A stretch of DNA of 64,000 nucleotides. It comes from Patescibacteria group bacterium (GTDB taxonomy: Bacteria > Patescibacteriota > Minisyncoccia > Phycocordibacterales > Phycocordibacteraceae). The stretch lies in NCBI GenBank assembly GCA_038064695.1, contig JBBTSO010000005.1, positions 42,070 to 106,069 of the forward strand, written 5' to 3'. Shown here piece by piece: positions 48,673-58,815 of the stretch (its first letter is position 1; each line of letters begins with the position of its first letter). The position numbers were made by a program, and so were the translations under genes. The notes below the pieces were generated by a model. That model saw only the letters and a list, made by a program, of their open reading frames with translations, was not told the origin of the DNA and ran no database searches.

Positions 48673-49719
48673 TCATGTGTTCGCAACAGGTTCTGTAGTA
48701 TCCTTTCCTGTTATGTGTGCAATCGTTTTTGTTATTAACTTTGGTTTTTGTACAGGTGCATAGTGTCCTCCGGAAGTGATACTGTGCTGTTCGATGAAAT
48801 CATACTTCTGAAGTCGTTTTTGCACTGCTTTTGCTGGAAATAGAGAATCTTGCTCGTCGTTAATAAAGACAACAGACACTCCGTTTCCGTGTATTACTTC
48901 CAGAAAAGGCAAAATATCAACACTCGCGTTATCGTGGACCTCTCTCAAAAAGCGCAACTGAGGTAAATTTTGTACAAGATGTTGAAATGTACCCCGATCA
49001 ACATCGTTCATTCGTGAACGTTCTTCTTTATTAAAGATACTTTTTGCCAGTGAAGCGAGTTCAGATATAGTGAGCTGTAAAAACATTTTCATCCCCATTC
49101 CAAAATTTTCAAGTTTCTCCTTTGCTTCTAACTTCTTCGCTTCCGCGATTTTTCCTGATGCCATCAGTGACTTTGATGGTGCTATATCTTCTCTCCCACC
49201 CACAACTCCTGCAGGGTTAATAAAAATAAGAAGTGATTGTTCCTGCGTGTTCTGTGAAAATAAATCTGGTCTTAAAAATGCAGCGAACGTAAGTGTTTGT
49301 CCAGCAAGTGAGTGGCCAATTGCAGTAATTGGCTGTTTTTTCCCTGGTTGTATGTCATCCTCCAGTGCGCGTATTACCGAATATGCCTCTTCAAAAAGAG
49401 TAAGGGGAATTGATGCAAGGAGTGCCTCAATGCGTTCTTTTGGAACTTCAGGTCGGTGAATAGCGTACCACTCGCGTGCGAATGTTTTGTTTGTTTCAAA
49501 CGCTTCATATAAAACCTCAAATTCTTCAGAAGTTTTTGCGTATGAAGGATGGTTAAACGAGTATACATTGTGACCCTGTGCTTCTAACTCTTTTGCAAAA
49601 TCTTGGTTTGCTGATGCCTCTATACCAACCCCAGGAACAACCAACGTCGGATTCTTAAAAAGGTTATTTGCCTCCACGTGACGTTCAAAGGCGGGGCGTT
49701 CACCGGTTTTCTCACTCAT
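48673..49719 (-). CDS. Alpha/beta-hydrolase fold protein (esterase/lipase-like)
   Basis: VVPGVG oxyanion region, GHSLAG nucleophile elbow, DSLF, GGHY. Confidence 0.75.
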   Translation of the reverse strand: MSEKTGERPAFERHVEANNLFKNPTLVVPGVGIEASANQDFAKELEAQGHNVYSFNHPSYAKTSEEFEVLYEAFETNKTFAREWYAIHRPEVPKERIEALLASIPLTLFEEAYSVIRALEDDIQPGKKQPITAIGHSLAGQTLTFAAFLRPDLFSQNTQEQSLLIFINPAGVVGGREDIAPSKSLMASGKIAEAKKLEAKEKLENFGMGMKMFLQLTISELASLAKSIFNKEERSRMNDVDRGTFQHLVQNLPQLRFLREVHDNASVDILPFLEVIHGNGVSVVFINDEQDSLFPAKAVQKRLQKYDFIEQHSITSGGHYAPVQKPKLITKTIAHITGKDTTEPVANT

Positions 49720-49734
49720 AGTATGTATTACACA

Positions 49735-50805
49735 CTAAATTCCGTCCTTTTTCAAATCCTCCAGCAATTTCTTCGCTGACTTTGAGAGTTTGTGCGGAAG
49801 CTCTACTTTGACTCTAATGAGCAAATCTCCACGTTTTCCCTGTTCCATCGGGACACCCTTCCCTTTCATTCTTAAAATCTCATCAGTTGAACGAAGTGGT
49901 GGAACTGAAACATTCACCTTTCCTTCCAACGTTTCTAGTACGTATTCCGCGCCCAAGAGTGCGTCGGTAATTTTTATAGGTAGTTCAGTAACTAAATTGA
50001 ATCCCTCTTTTCTAAATCGAGGATGCGTTTCCACATGTACTTTTATGTATAAATCGCCAGGTGATCCTCCTGGAATTGCTTCCCCACCTCCCGACATGCG
50101 AATCATTTGGCCGTTATCAATGCCGGGAGGAACGGCAACAGTGAGCTCTTCTTGTTTATGCTCCACGCCACGCCCCTTGCAGGTCGTGCAGGGTTTTTCT
50201 GGCACGACGCGGCGCCCGAAACAGGTGCCGCACGTGGAAACACTTTGAAAAACACCAAAGGGTGAGCGGCGTTGCTCCACCACTTGTCCTTTGCCGTTAC
50301 AGGTGGCGCATGTTTTTGTACCAGTTCCTGGTTCTCCTCCACTTCCCGCGCACCGTGAACAAGTGCTGTCTTTGGTAACCAACACTTTGCGGGTGGTTCC
50401 AAACACCGCGTCTTTAAAAGAAAGTTCAATATCAATGGAAATATCACGCCCGCGGTTGTTTCTCCTGCCACCAAAAATGTCAGAAAATCCACCGAAGAGA
50501 TCTTCCATATTTATGTCAAACCCCTGCGCGCTACCAAATCCTCCAAACTGAGAAAAGTCAAAGCCGTCAAACCCTCCTTGTCCTTGGGCTCCGCCAGAAA
50601 AGACGCGTCCATATGCGTCGTACTCCGCGCGTTTTTTGTCGTCGGAAAGAATGGAATACGCTTCAGATGCTTCCTTGAACTTTGCCTCGTCGCCTCCTTT
50701 TTTGTCGGGGTGGTACTTATGCGCGAGTTTTCTGAAAGCCTTTTTTATTTCATCTTTTGACGCTTTTTTTTCAACTCCGAGAATGGTGTAGTAGTCTTTT
50801 GCCAT
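49735..50805 (-). CDS. dnaJ: Chaperone DnaJ
   Basis: HPD, G/F region, four CxxCxGxG-type repeats. Confidence 0.97.
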   Translation of the reverse strand: MAKDYYTILGVEKKASKDEIKKAFRKLAHKYHPDKKGGDEAKFKEASEAYSILSDDKKRAEYDAYGRVFSGGAQGQGGFDGFDFSQFGGFGSAQGFDINMEDLFGGFSDIFGGRRNNRGRDISIDIELSFKDAVFGTTRKVLVTKDSTCSRCAGSGGEPGTGTKTCATCNGKGQVVEQRRSPFGVFQSVSTCGTCFGRRVVPEKPCTTCKGRGVEHKQEELTVAVPPGIDNGQMIRMSGGGEAIPGGSPGDLYIKVHVETHPRFRKEGFNLVTELPIKITDALLGAEYVLETLEGKVNVSVPPLRSTDEILRMKGKGVPMEQGKRGDLLIRVKVELPHKLSKSAKKLLEDLKKDGI

Positions 50806-50840
50806 GAATAGCTGTTAGTGTTTAGCGGTTAGTGGATAGC
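50806..50840. repeat. Five-unit heptamer array abutting the dnaJ start codon
   Basis: gaatagc tgttagt gtttagc ggttagt ggatagc. Confidence 0.7.
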
Positions 50841-50860
50841 AAAAACCAACAAACAGTAAA

Positions 50861-52723
50861 CTATACGTCGCGGATAGTGTCGTCGTTTTTCTGTTCATCT
50901 GACTGCTGGTTGCCGGACGCCGATTGCTCATTTACATGTTGCCCAATTTTTTGCATTTCCGTGGAGAGGTTTTGTACCGCGGTGTCCAATGCCGCCTTAT
51001 CTTCTCCTCCCTGAGCGCTTTTGACCGTGGCAATAGCGGAAGTTATTGTTGTTTTCAAGTCTTCAGGAATTTTGTCTTTATGTTCCGCCAGTGATTTTTC
51101 AGCCGTATAGACGAGCTGTTCAGAAAGGTTTTTTGTTTCAACAAATTCTCGTGTTTTCTGATCTTGGTCCGCGTGCGCATCAGCATCTTTCTTCATTCGC
51201 TCAATATCAGCGTCAGTAAGACCACTGGAGGCCTCTATTTTTATAGTCTGCGTTTTTCCGGTTGCTTTGTCTTTTGCCGTAACATTTAAGATGCCGTTCG
51301 CGTCAACATCAAACGCAACTTCAACCTGTGGAAGCCCGCGTGGAGCAGGAGGAATACCATCAAGAATAAATCTCCCGAGTGATTTATTGTCCTTAGCAAG
51401 CGCGCGCTCTCCTTGGGTAATGTGAATTTCAACCGAAGTTTGATTGTCAGACGCTGTTGAAAAGACTTGCGCTTTAGAAGTCGGGATGGTGGTGTTTCTT
51501 TCAATCAATTTTGTAGCGACACCCCCCATGGTTTCAATTCCCAGCGAGAGTGGAATGACATCAAGGAGAAGCACGTCCTTAACATCGCCCTGCATAATAC
51601 CTGCCTGTATTGCCGCACCTACTGCCACCACTTCGTCAGGATTGATTGAACGATTTGGCTCTTTACCAAAAAGTTCTTTAACCGCGGCCTGAATGAGCGG
51701 CATACGAGTCTGCCCACCCACCATCACTATTTCTTCTATTTCTCCCGGTTTTAATTTTGCCTGTTCCAATACCTGCTTGGTAATATCAATGGAACGGTCA
51801 ATAAATTCTCGAGAGAGTTCTTCAAGTTTTGCACGGCTCATTTTCATTAAGAGGTGTTGCGCTCCCGCATCGTTTGAGGCGATAAACGGTATGTTAATTT
51901 CTGTTTCAAGCGTTGAGGAAAGCTCGTGTTTTGCTTTCTCCGCTGCTTCATCAAGGCGTTGTAGCGCAAGTGGGTCATGCGACACGTCAATGCCACTTTG
52001 TTTTTTAAACTCGTCGGCGATGTACCGAACAATTTTTTGATCAATGTCACGTCCGCCCATGTGACTGTCACCCCCCGTTGATTTCACTTCGATCACGTCA
52101 TCTCCCACTTCAAGGACTGAGATGTCAAACGTTCCTCCTCCGAAGTCATACACGACGATCTGCTCATTTTTGCGCTTGTTAAACCCATAAGCAAGCGCGG
52201 CAGCGGTTGGCTCGTTGATAATGCGCTTCACGTCAAGGCCGGCGATTTTCCCCGCGTCTTTGGTTGCTTTACGTTGCGCGTCGTCAAAATACGCAGGAAC
52301 GGTGATGATGGCCTCTGTAATTGGTTCACCTAGTTTTGATTCCGCGTCCGCTTTCAATTTTTGCAAAATCATTGCTGAAACTTCTTCAGGGCGGTAGTCA
52401 CGGTCCCCTAGTTTTACCAACACGCCTTTGTCATTTGATTCTGAAATTTTATACGGAACAACGGTTTTGTCTTTTTGAACAAATGAGTCAGAAAATTTGT
52501 GACCCATAAAACGTTTAATACCGTAAATGGTATTAGTAGGATTGGTGACCGCTTGACGTTTTGCCACCAGACCCACCAGACGTTCACCGGTTTTTGATAT
52601 AGCGACCACCGAAGGAGTAGTGCGATTCCCTTCTGCGTTTTCAATAATGATTGGCTCACCACCTTCAATAACAGCCACTGCTGAGTTGGTGGTACCGAGA
52701 TCAATGCCTAGAATTTTTGCCAT
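50861..52723 (-). CDS. dnaK: Chaperone DnaK
   Basis: [30 protein letters not shown]. Confidence 0.99.
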   Translation of the reverse strand: MAKILGIDLGTTNSAVAVIEGGEPIIIENAEGNRTTPSVVAISKTGERLVGLVAKRQAVTNPTNTIYGIKRFMGHKFSDSFVQKDKTVVPYKISESNDKGVLVKLGDRDYRPEEVSAMILQKLKADAESKLGEPITEAIITVPAYFDDAQRKATKDAGKIAGLDVKRIINEPTAAALAYGFNKRKNEQIVVYDFGGGTFDISVLEVGDDVIEVKSTGGDSHMGGRDIDQKIVRYIADEFKKQSGIDVSHDPLALQRLDEAAEKAKHELSSTLETEINIPFIASNDAGAQHLLMKMSRAKLEELSREFIDRSIDITKQVLEQAKLKPGEIEEIVMVGGQTRMPLIQAAVKELFGKEPNRSINPDEVVAVGAAIQAGIMQGDVKDVLLLDVIPLSLGIETMGGVATKLIERNTTIPTSKAQVFSTASDNQTSVEIHITQGERALAKDNKSLGRFILDGIPPAPRGLPQVEVAFDVDANGILNVTAKDKATGKTQTIKIEASSGLTDADIERMKKDADAHADQDQKTREFVETKNLSEQLVYTAEKSLAEHKDKIPEDLKTTITSAIATVKSAQGGEDKAALDTAVQNLSTEMQKIGQHVNEQSASGNQQSDEQKNDDTIRDV

Positions 52724-52737
52724 AGTTGTATTGAATA

Positions 52738-53280
52738 TTATGATTGGTAAGTGAACACCTCTACGCGAGCGGGTCTGAGTACGGTTTCTCCGATGACAAA
52801 ACCGCTCTGGAGTGTTGCCGATATAGTATTATCCTCTTTCTCGCTCTCACATGCAACTGAGCGAATTGGTTCGTGAAATTTTGAGTCAAACGCGTCTCCC
52901 GGAGAAGGAGAAAATCGCGAAACACCGATGTCTAAAAGAGCTTGTTCTAGCTGTCGAACGACCTGGTTCATGCCAGAGAGCACTGATTCAGAAACTCCGG
53001 CTGCCTTCGCGCCTGCCTCCGCCGCTTCTAGCGAGTCAAAGACAGCAATGATCCCCCGCGACAGTTTTCCAATAAGAATTTTTGACTGCCCTTCTCCATC
53101 TTCACGTACGCGCCGTGAGAGGTTAACGTAGTCCGCTTTAGAGCGTTGCCAGCCAGCAAGGTACTCGTCGCGTTCTTTTTTCGCAGTGGCAAGTTCAGTG
53201 CGGAGTTTTTTCAATTTCCCTTCAACTTTTTATCCCCCCGCGTCTTCTGGTTCTATTACTACATCTTCGGATTCGTCCAT
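52738..53280 (-). CDS. grpE: Nucleotide exchange factor GrpE with in-frame TAA at codon 17
   Basis: [50 protein letters not shown]. Confidence 0.88.
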
Positions 53281-53288
53281 GTATTCTT

Positions 53289-53318
53289 ATTATGGACTAA
53301 AGACAACCACTTAGTCAA
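53289..53318 (-). promoter_or_regulatory. grpE-dnaK-dnaJ promoter with inverted repeat
   Basis: TTGACT-18-CATAAT; GACTAA-N10-TTAGTC overlaps it. Confidence 0.5.
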
Positions 53319-53319
53319 A

Positions 53320-53343
53320 AAAACTCCTTTGATAAGGAGTTTT
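53320..53343 (-). terminator. Terminator after rpsI
   Basis: AAAACTCCTT-tgat-AAGGAGTTTT. Confidence 0.7.
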
Positions 53344-53386
53344 GTAAGTTTTGAATATCTGCAGAAAGCGAAGCAGTTCGCTTTCT

Positions 53387-53782
53387 TTAGCGCTTAGACC
53401 ATTGTGGTGCTTTGCGTGCTTTCTTGAGTCCAGGTTTCTTGCGTTCTTTTTTACGAGGATCGCGCTTGAGGTACCCTTTCTTTTTAAGCGTCGTACGCAT
53501 ATCCGGTTGGAATTTTGTCATGGCACGCGCAATACCGTGTCGTACGGCATCAGCTTGCGCCACCACGCCTCCTCCACGAACCACCGCGGTAACGACATAG
53601 GATTCATCCATCGCGTTCATAGGAGCGAGTACTGTTGCTTGAAGTTCTTTTGTAGGAAAGTAGGTTTCAAAAGGAAGCTCATTAATCGTTACCGACCGTT
53701 TTGAAGCAGGAGTAATGCGCACGCGCGCAGCTGCTGTTTTACGTCGTCCAATGCCCTCGGTGTAGGTAGTTTTTGTTGCCAT
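53387..53782 (-). CDS. rpsI: 30S ribosomal protein S9
   Basis: GRRKTAAARV, RDPRKKERKKPGLKKARKAPQWSKR. Confidence 0.98.
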   Translation of the reverse strand: MATKTTYTEGIGRRKTAAARVRITPASKRSVTINELPFETYFPTKELQATVLAPMNAMDESYVVTAVVRGGGVVAQADAVRHGIARAMTKFQPDMRTTLKKKGYLKRDPRKKERKKPGLKKARKAPQWSKR

Positions 53783-53784
53783 AC

Positions 53785-54138
53785 TTATTCAGAAATTTCC
53801 AATCTTTTTAATATATCAGGACGGAGCTTATTGTCTGGAATCATGCCTTTCACGGCGCGACGCACCACTTCACCGATTCCGCGGCGGCCTTTAAGCTGTT
53901 CAATGGTTTCTTCCACAAAGTGGCCCGCGTACCCTGAAGCGCGTTTGTAGCGAACCTCATCCGTTCTTTTCTCAGTGAATACGATTTTTGAAGCATTCGT
54001 TACATGAACACGGGCGCCATTTTTCTTGTGTTTTTGAAACGCTGGCGAGTCCTTCTCCATAAGAAGGTGTGCTACTTGGGTTGCAAGGCGGCCAAGTTTT
54101 TTTCCTTTCGCGTCAATAGTGTGTGTTGTAGGTTCCAT
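53785..54138 (-). CDS. rplM: 50S ribosomal protein L13 (short form)
   Basis: IDAKGKKLGRLAT, SGYAG, AVKGMIPDNKL. Confidence 0.93.
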   Translation of the reverse strand: MEPTTHTIDAKGKKLGRLATQVAHLLMEKDSPAFQKHKKNGARVHVTNASKIVFTEKRTDEVRYKRASGYAGHFVEETIEQLKGRRGIGEVVRRAVKGMIPDNKLRPDILKRLEISE

Positions 54139-54142
54139 AACG

Positions 54143-54496
54143 TTATACCAATTCAATTACTGCTGCGGCTCTCCCATCTGACGCCTTGAGGTGTACTTTG
54201 GTAATTCGTGTGTACCCCCCTTTGCGACTTTCGTAGCGCGGACCAAGATCATTTACTAGTTTCTTCATAATGACCTCACGACCGCCGAGCGTTTTAAGAA
54301 TCTGACGACGAGCGGCGAGCGTACCCGTTTTCCCTTTGGTAATAAGTTTTTCAACGTACGGGCGAATTTCCTTCGCGCGCGCCTCAGTGGTAAGTATTTT
54401 TTCTTGAAGAATAAGCGCTTCAGCAAGGGAACGAACCAACGCTATACGCTGGTCGCGCTCTCTTCCGAATGTTCGCATTGCTTTGTGGTGTTTCAT
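54143..54496 (-). CDS. rplQ: 50S ribosomal protein L17
   Basis: TTEARAKE, RKGGYTRI. Confidence 0.97.
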   Translation of the reverse strand: MKHHKAMRTFGRERDQRIALVRSLAEALILQEKILTTEARAKEIRPYVEKLITKGKTGTLAARRQILKTLGGREVIMKKLVNDLGPRYESRKGGYTRITKVHLKASDGRAAAVIELV

Positions 54497-54502
54497 AAAA
54501 TA

Positions 54503-55465
54503 CTACACTTTGAGTGAAAGTCCGAGTGCTTTGAGTGCATCTTTCACTTCCTTAACGCCGGCAGCACCGATTCCTTCAAGGGCGAGAATATCATCTTCTG
54601 ATTTTCTTGCCAAACCACCCACGGTTCTAATAGATGCGTTTATGAGTGCGTTTGCGGTGCGTGTTGAAAGTCCCTCAAGCGACTCAATGCGCGTTTTAAT
54701 CACGTCGGTATCACCGTCACTCATCTCTTCTTTAAGTTGTTCAGAAGTTGCCACTACTGAAGGAGCCTCTTCTTCCTCACGGAAGCCAACAACAGACTTT
54801 AGTTGCTGAATCATAATGGCAATTGAACGCTCCAATGCCTCACGAGGCGTGAGCGCGCCGTCAGTCTCAATCGTGATGCGAAGTCGGTTAAAGTCAGTTC
54901 GATCTCCCACGCGCATATTTTCTACTTCGTAGTTCACGCGACGAATAGGAGTAAAAATAGAATCCAGCGCAATGACGCCAACATCTACGCGATCTTTCTG
55001 AATTATTTCTTTTGGAACGTACCCAAGTCCGTTTTGTACCGTCAATTCAGCGATAATTTTTGCATCTTTTGAAGTGAGTTCAGCAAGGTGTTGCTCAGGA
55101 TTCAAAATTTGAACCTGACCAGGACACACCAAGTCGCCCGCAACGACCGTTTTTGTTCCCTTCACTGATAGTGAAATGGTATGCTCGCCGCCGTCAGAGA
55201 TGGCAACGCGTACCTTCTTTAGATTGAGGATAAGCGCAATAACATCTTCCTTAACGCCAGGGATAGTAGAAAACTCGTGAGAGACACCATCAATTTTAAT
55301 GGTGGTAATTGCTCCGCCAGGAATTGAAGAAAGAATAATTCTTCGAAGCGAGTTTCCAAGCGTGTGGCCGTACCCAGGGTACAAACCATCTATTTCATAA
55401 ACGCCAGAGTTGTCGCTTTCTGAAACGACACGTGGTTTTGAAGGTAATTGAATAGAATAATCCAT
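54503..55465 (-). CDS. rpoA: RNA polymerase alpha subunit
   Basis: GYGHTLGNSLRRIILSS, HEFSTIPGVKED, alpha-CTD. Confidence 0.98.
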   Translation of the reverse strand: MDYSIQLPSKPRVVSESDNSGVYEIDGLYPGYGHTLGNSLRRIILSSIPGGAITTIKIDGVSHEFSTIPGVKEDVIALILNLKKVRVAISDGGEHTISLSVKGTKTVVAGDLVCPGQVQILNPEQHLAELTSKDAKIIAELTVQNGLGYVPKEIIQKDRVDVGVIALDSIFTPIRRVNYEVENMRVGDRTDFNRLRITIETDGALTPREALERSIAIMIQQLKSVVGFREEEEAPSVVATSEQLKEEMSDGDTDVIKTRIESLEGLSTRTANALINASIRTVGGLARKSEDDILALEGIGAAGVKEVKDALKALGLSLKV

Positions 55466-55499
55466 AACGCAATCTTTTTTATTCTTAGGAACCTAATAA

Positions 55500-56105
55500 C
55501 TATCGAGTATAGAACTCGAACACCGCCTGCATATCGACACCCATTTCACCGGGTGTATATGAGGGAAGTTGTTTGAGAGAACCCTGAAAGGCCCCGGCAT
55601 CAAACAACACCCACTCAGGTGAGCGGTACTCCCCAAGTTTTTCGTTGAGGTTAGCGAAGAGTGTGCTTCCTCGTGAACCCTCCCGTACTTCAAGTACGTC
55701 GGTTGGTTTAACGCGGTAAGAAGGAATGGTCATACGCTTCCCGTTGACGGTGATATGCCCGTGAGAAACAACCTGACGCGCCATACGTCGCGTGCCCGCA
55801 AGACCCATTCGATACACTACGCTATCTAAACGACTCTCAAGAGCTTGGAAAAGTGTCTGCTGAGGGTTGGTGTGGTTTTCAAGTGCGGTTTCTACGTACT
55901 GCCCGAACTGCTTCTCAGTGAGTCCGTACATCAAGCGCATTTTCTGCTTTTCAAGCAACTGTCTGCTGTATTCGCTGCCCGCGCGACGACGTTTTTTATT
56001 TTTTGCGCTTCGTGCTTCAGAAACTTGAAAACGCTGTGTTTGGCATTTTTCAAAAATGCTTGAGCCGAGACGTTTACAGATTTTGTATTGAGGTCCAATT
56101 TTCAT
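55500..56105 (-). CDS. rpsD: 30S ribosomal protein S4
   Basis: QLLEKQK, LESRLD, ARQVVSHGH, EFYTR. Confidence 0.97.
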   Translation of the reverse strand: MKIGPQYKICKRLGSSIFEKCQTQRFQVSEARSAKNKKRRRAGSEYSRQLLEKQKMRLMYGLTEKQFGQYVETALENHTNPQQTLFQALESRLDSVVYRMGLAGTRRMARQVVSHGHITVNGKRMTIPSYRVKPTDVLEVREGSRGSTLFANLNEKLGEYRSPEWVLFDAGAFQGSLKQLPSYTPGEMGVDMQAVFEFYTR

Positions 56106-56117
56106 ATCTTAGATTTT

Positions 56118-56268
56118 ATTATGAGCGGAGCGAATTAAAAAATCTTAGACCCAGCCCTCTAAACCAATAACTGAAAATTGGTAGAATGTGAGCTGCGGTG
56201 TTATTTCTAATTTCTAATTTCATAACAGAGGGCTGGGTTAAGTACATATAATTTACTTCGTTCATAAT
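56118..56268. repeat. Long nested inverted repeat in the rpsK-rpsD spacer
   Basis: 56118-56137 pairs with 56249-56268; 56144-56160 (CTTAGACCCAGCCCTCT) pairs with 56227-56242. Confidence 0.7.
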
Positions 56269-56274
56269 CATGTA

Positions 56275-56709
56275 CTAAACGCGACGTGGCTTAGGGGGAC
56301 GAGGTCCGTTGTGTGGAATGGGGGTAACGTCGTGAATTGCGGCGATCTGGATGCCCTTTCCTGCAAAAGAACGGAGCGCAGATTCACGTCCTGAACCAAC
56401 ACCTTTCACGAACACCTCAACCTCTTTTACGCCGATAGTGAGCGCTTTTTCACCAATAACCTCCCCTACTTTTGCGGCTGCGAAGGGAGTTCCCTTTCTG
56501 GTACCCGCAAAGCCCATAGACCCAGACGATGACCACATCAACGCGCCTCCCTGTTGGTCGGTTAATGTGACGCGAGTGTTGTTAAAGGTTGATTCAATGT
56601 GAAGCACTGCTTTGTCCAACTTTCTTTTTGGAGTACGGGAAAGCGCGCGGTCTCGTCGTCCACGGTCACCTCCACCACCTGACATTTTTGATACACGTCG
56701 TTTTCCCAT
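56275..56709 (-). CDS. rpsK: 30S ribosomal protein S11
   Basis: STFNNT, KGTPFAA, DVTPIPHNG. Confidence 0.98.
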   Translation of the reverse strand: MGKRRVSKMSGGGGDRGRRDRALSRTPKRKLDKAVLHIESTFNNTRVTLTDQQGGALMWSSSGSMGFAGTRKGTPFAAAKVGEVIGEKALTIGVKEVEVFVKGVGSGRESALRSFAGKGIQIAAIHDVTPIPHNGPRPPKPRRV

Positions 56710-56715
56710 ATTATT

Positions 56716-57096
56716 TTATGTTTTTTCAAGTTTACGCTTTCCTGATCCCATGGTTTTTCGAGTGTTTCCTCGGATGGTGCGAGAGTTCGTTTTAGTTCGC
56801 TGTCCTCGCGTAGGAAGTCCGCGCATATGACGCACGCCTCGGTACGCTTTAATATCTTTTAAGCGCTTAACGTTGCCGGCGACTTCACGACGGAGGTCAC
56901 CTTCAATGGTAAATGCTTCAATCAATGTTCTAATACGGAGCTCTTCATCAGCAGTTAACTCTTTTGCGGTTTTAGTGAAAGGCACCGACGCTTCAGTCAA
57001 CACTTTTTTCGCACGAGTATAACCAACACCGTATACCTCGGTGAGAGCAAAAGAAAGTTGTTTAGTGTCTGGAATGGTAATACCGGCGATACGCAT
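56716..57096 (-). CDS. rpsM: 30S ribosomal protein S13
   Basis: RIAGI, EGDLRRE, LPTRGQRTKTN. Confidence 0.98.
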   Translation of the reverse strand: MRIAGITIPDTKQLSFALTEVYGVGYTRAKKVLTEASVPFTKTAKELTADEELRIRTLIEAFTIEGDLRREVAGNVKRLKDIKAYRGVRHMRGLPTRGQRTKTNSRTIRGNTRKTMGSGKRKLEKT

Positions 57097-57104
57097 AGAG
57101 TTGT

Positions 57105-57221
57105 TTATCCTTGTCGAGCTTTACGTCGAGGATTTTTTTTATTAATTCTAAATACTCGGCCACGGCGCTTTACCAAGATGTCTCCTGGCTGCTGCTTTTT
57201 AACCGATGATAGAACTTTCAT
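57105..57221 (-). CDS. rpmJ: 50S ribosomal protein L36, Cys-free type (not in ORF track)
   Basis: [38 protein letters not shown], between infA and rpsM. Confidence 0.93.
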   Translation of the reverse strand: MKVLSSVKKQQPGDILVKRRGRVFRINKKNPRRKARQG

Positions 57222-57230
57222 AAAAAAAAA

Positions 57231-57446
57231 TTAATGCCGACGTGTGATTCGGGCTCGGCCACCGTAAGGGTCAATAACAAGGCTGACTTTATCTCCTACC
57301 AAAACTTTGATTCGGTGGAGACGCATCTTCCCGGCGAGATACGCAAGTACCTCTTGCCCGCCCTCAAGCTGAACACGGAAAAGTGTGTTGGGGAGGGACT
57401 CAGTAACTGTTCCCTCTGCTTCGTCTTTTCCTTGTTTATCAGCCAT
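57231..57446 (-). CDS. infA: Translation initiation factor IF-1
   Basis: ESLPNTLFRV, LAGKMR..RIKVLVGD. Confidence 0.97.
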   Translation of the reverse strand: MADKQGKDEAEGTVTESLPNTLFRVQLEGGQEVLAYLAGKMRLHRIKVLVGDKVSLVIDPYGGRARITRRH

Positions 57447-57506
57447 TATAATTGGAACCTTTTGTGGCTTCTATAGAATACCAAATTACCTGGTGTTTCG
57501 TCAACC

Positions 57507-58787
57507 CTAGGGGTTCATTTCAGGGCTTTGGATAACTACTTTTATGCGCTCAGCGTCCTTTGGAAGCACTCCTCTCCAAAAAGGATAAATTGATATTTTC
57601 ATATCTGAGATGGCTGGATAGCCAGAAAGAACACTTCCAATATTTCGTTGATCTTTCCCAGAAAGGTCCGAAATAAGCCGTTTTTCGTCGTAGACGCCGA
57701 CAAGGACCACGTCTCCAGAAATGGTGATGGCTATGTTTCCTTCAGTTTCAGAAGGTTTCGCGACGAATGAAAGTGTGTCTAGATTTTCAATCCGGAGTGG
57801 AGACTGATACTGCACGCCGCCTTCAGTTGCAATCACCGCTGCAAGTTTTTCTTCAAGAATAACGGATGATGAAGCAATAGCTTTTACTCGAACTACCGCG
57901 CCGTTTTGACCAGCAACATCAGCCTGCTCAATAAACTCAACAACTACTTCGGACTCCAACGGAAGTTCATTTTCTGCTAATTGTGACGCAAAAGAGTCGC
58001 GCACCTTTGATTCAAGTTGATTTTTTAGGTCAGAAACTGCCGCGTCTCGGACACTCTTCTCTACCACTGCCCTTTCCCCAACAAAACCACCAGAAAATGA
58101 CCCTTTTGAGCGAGCATACATAGTTTCAAATTGAGCACTTCCTTTGAGCCCAGGAATGGTGAAAGAAGTCATGCCGATATTGTATTTTTCACCTGGTTCG
58201 TCAGCGTAGACTGTAACTTCAATTTCACCAGGAACTTTCTTACCCTCAACCGTTTTATAGCCAGGAACGACCACGGGGTTTTGGATGCGGTAAATCAAAC
58301 CCTCGGGAGTTTCAAAACGCGTGTTCGTGATTAAGCGTTGAGTACCCGAACTGTATTCGTTATAAATAACAATCGTACCTGAGGCGCGTTCTTCAACGTA
58401 CTCGCTTCCCGATTGTGGAACCGTGGTGGTCAATTCTTCTTCAACTGTTTTTTTTGTGTATGAAAGAAGCAAACCATCGGGAGATGCTTCAAAGGTTTCA
58501 GAAACAGGAACGACGAACTGATTCAATTCAATGGAAACACTAGCGCGATGGAAGACCGTGCTCACGAGACCAAAAGCGATAACAATAACCGCAATAACTC
58601 CCACGGCGATAGCAAGTAGCGTAAAGGTGTGATTCACCATTTTTTTAGGTGGGCGTGGTGGTAGTGGAGGCGTGGCAGGAGGAGTCACGGGCGGTTTAAC
58701 TATCTCCTGTTGCGGGTCGCGCGTCACACGAATGGGTTTAGAACGTGCGGGAGGGATAATATCCTGGATGCTTCGTCGATCATTCAT
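57507..58787 (-). CDS. Membrane-anchored protein with baseplate-J-like region
   Basis: Pro-rich N-terminus, TM, ASGTIVIYN, TRFET, VYADEPGEKYNI, FSGG. Confidence 0.65.
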   Translation of the reverse strand: MNDRRSIQDIIPPARSKPIRVTRDPQQEIVKPPVTPPATPPLPPRPPKKMVNHTFTLLAIAVGVIAVIVIAFGLVSTVFHRASVSIELNQFVVPVSETFEASPDGLLLSYTKKTVEEELTTTVPQSGSEYVEERASGTIVIYNEYSSGTQRLITNTRFETPEGLIYRIQNPVVVPGYKTVEGKKVPGEIEVTVYADEPGEKYNIGMTSFTIPGLKGSAQFETMYARSKGSFSGGFVGERAVVEKSVRDAAVSDLKNQLESKVRDSFASQLAENELPLESEVVVEFIEQADVAGQNGAVVRVKAIASSSVILEEKLAAVIATEGGVQYQSPLRIENLDTLSFVAKPSETEGNIAITISGDVVLVGVYDEKRLISDLSGKDQRNIGSVLSGYPAISDMKISIYPFWRGVLPKDAERIKVVIQSPEMNP

Positions 58788-58815
58788 AGGTGGATTATAC
58801 CACTATACGACTCAA

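Noticed and set aside
57507-58787. Prophage tail gene
   Set aside because: Has a TM anchor and no neighbouring phage genes
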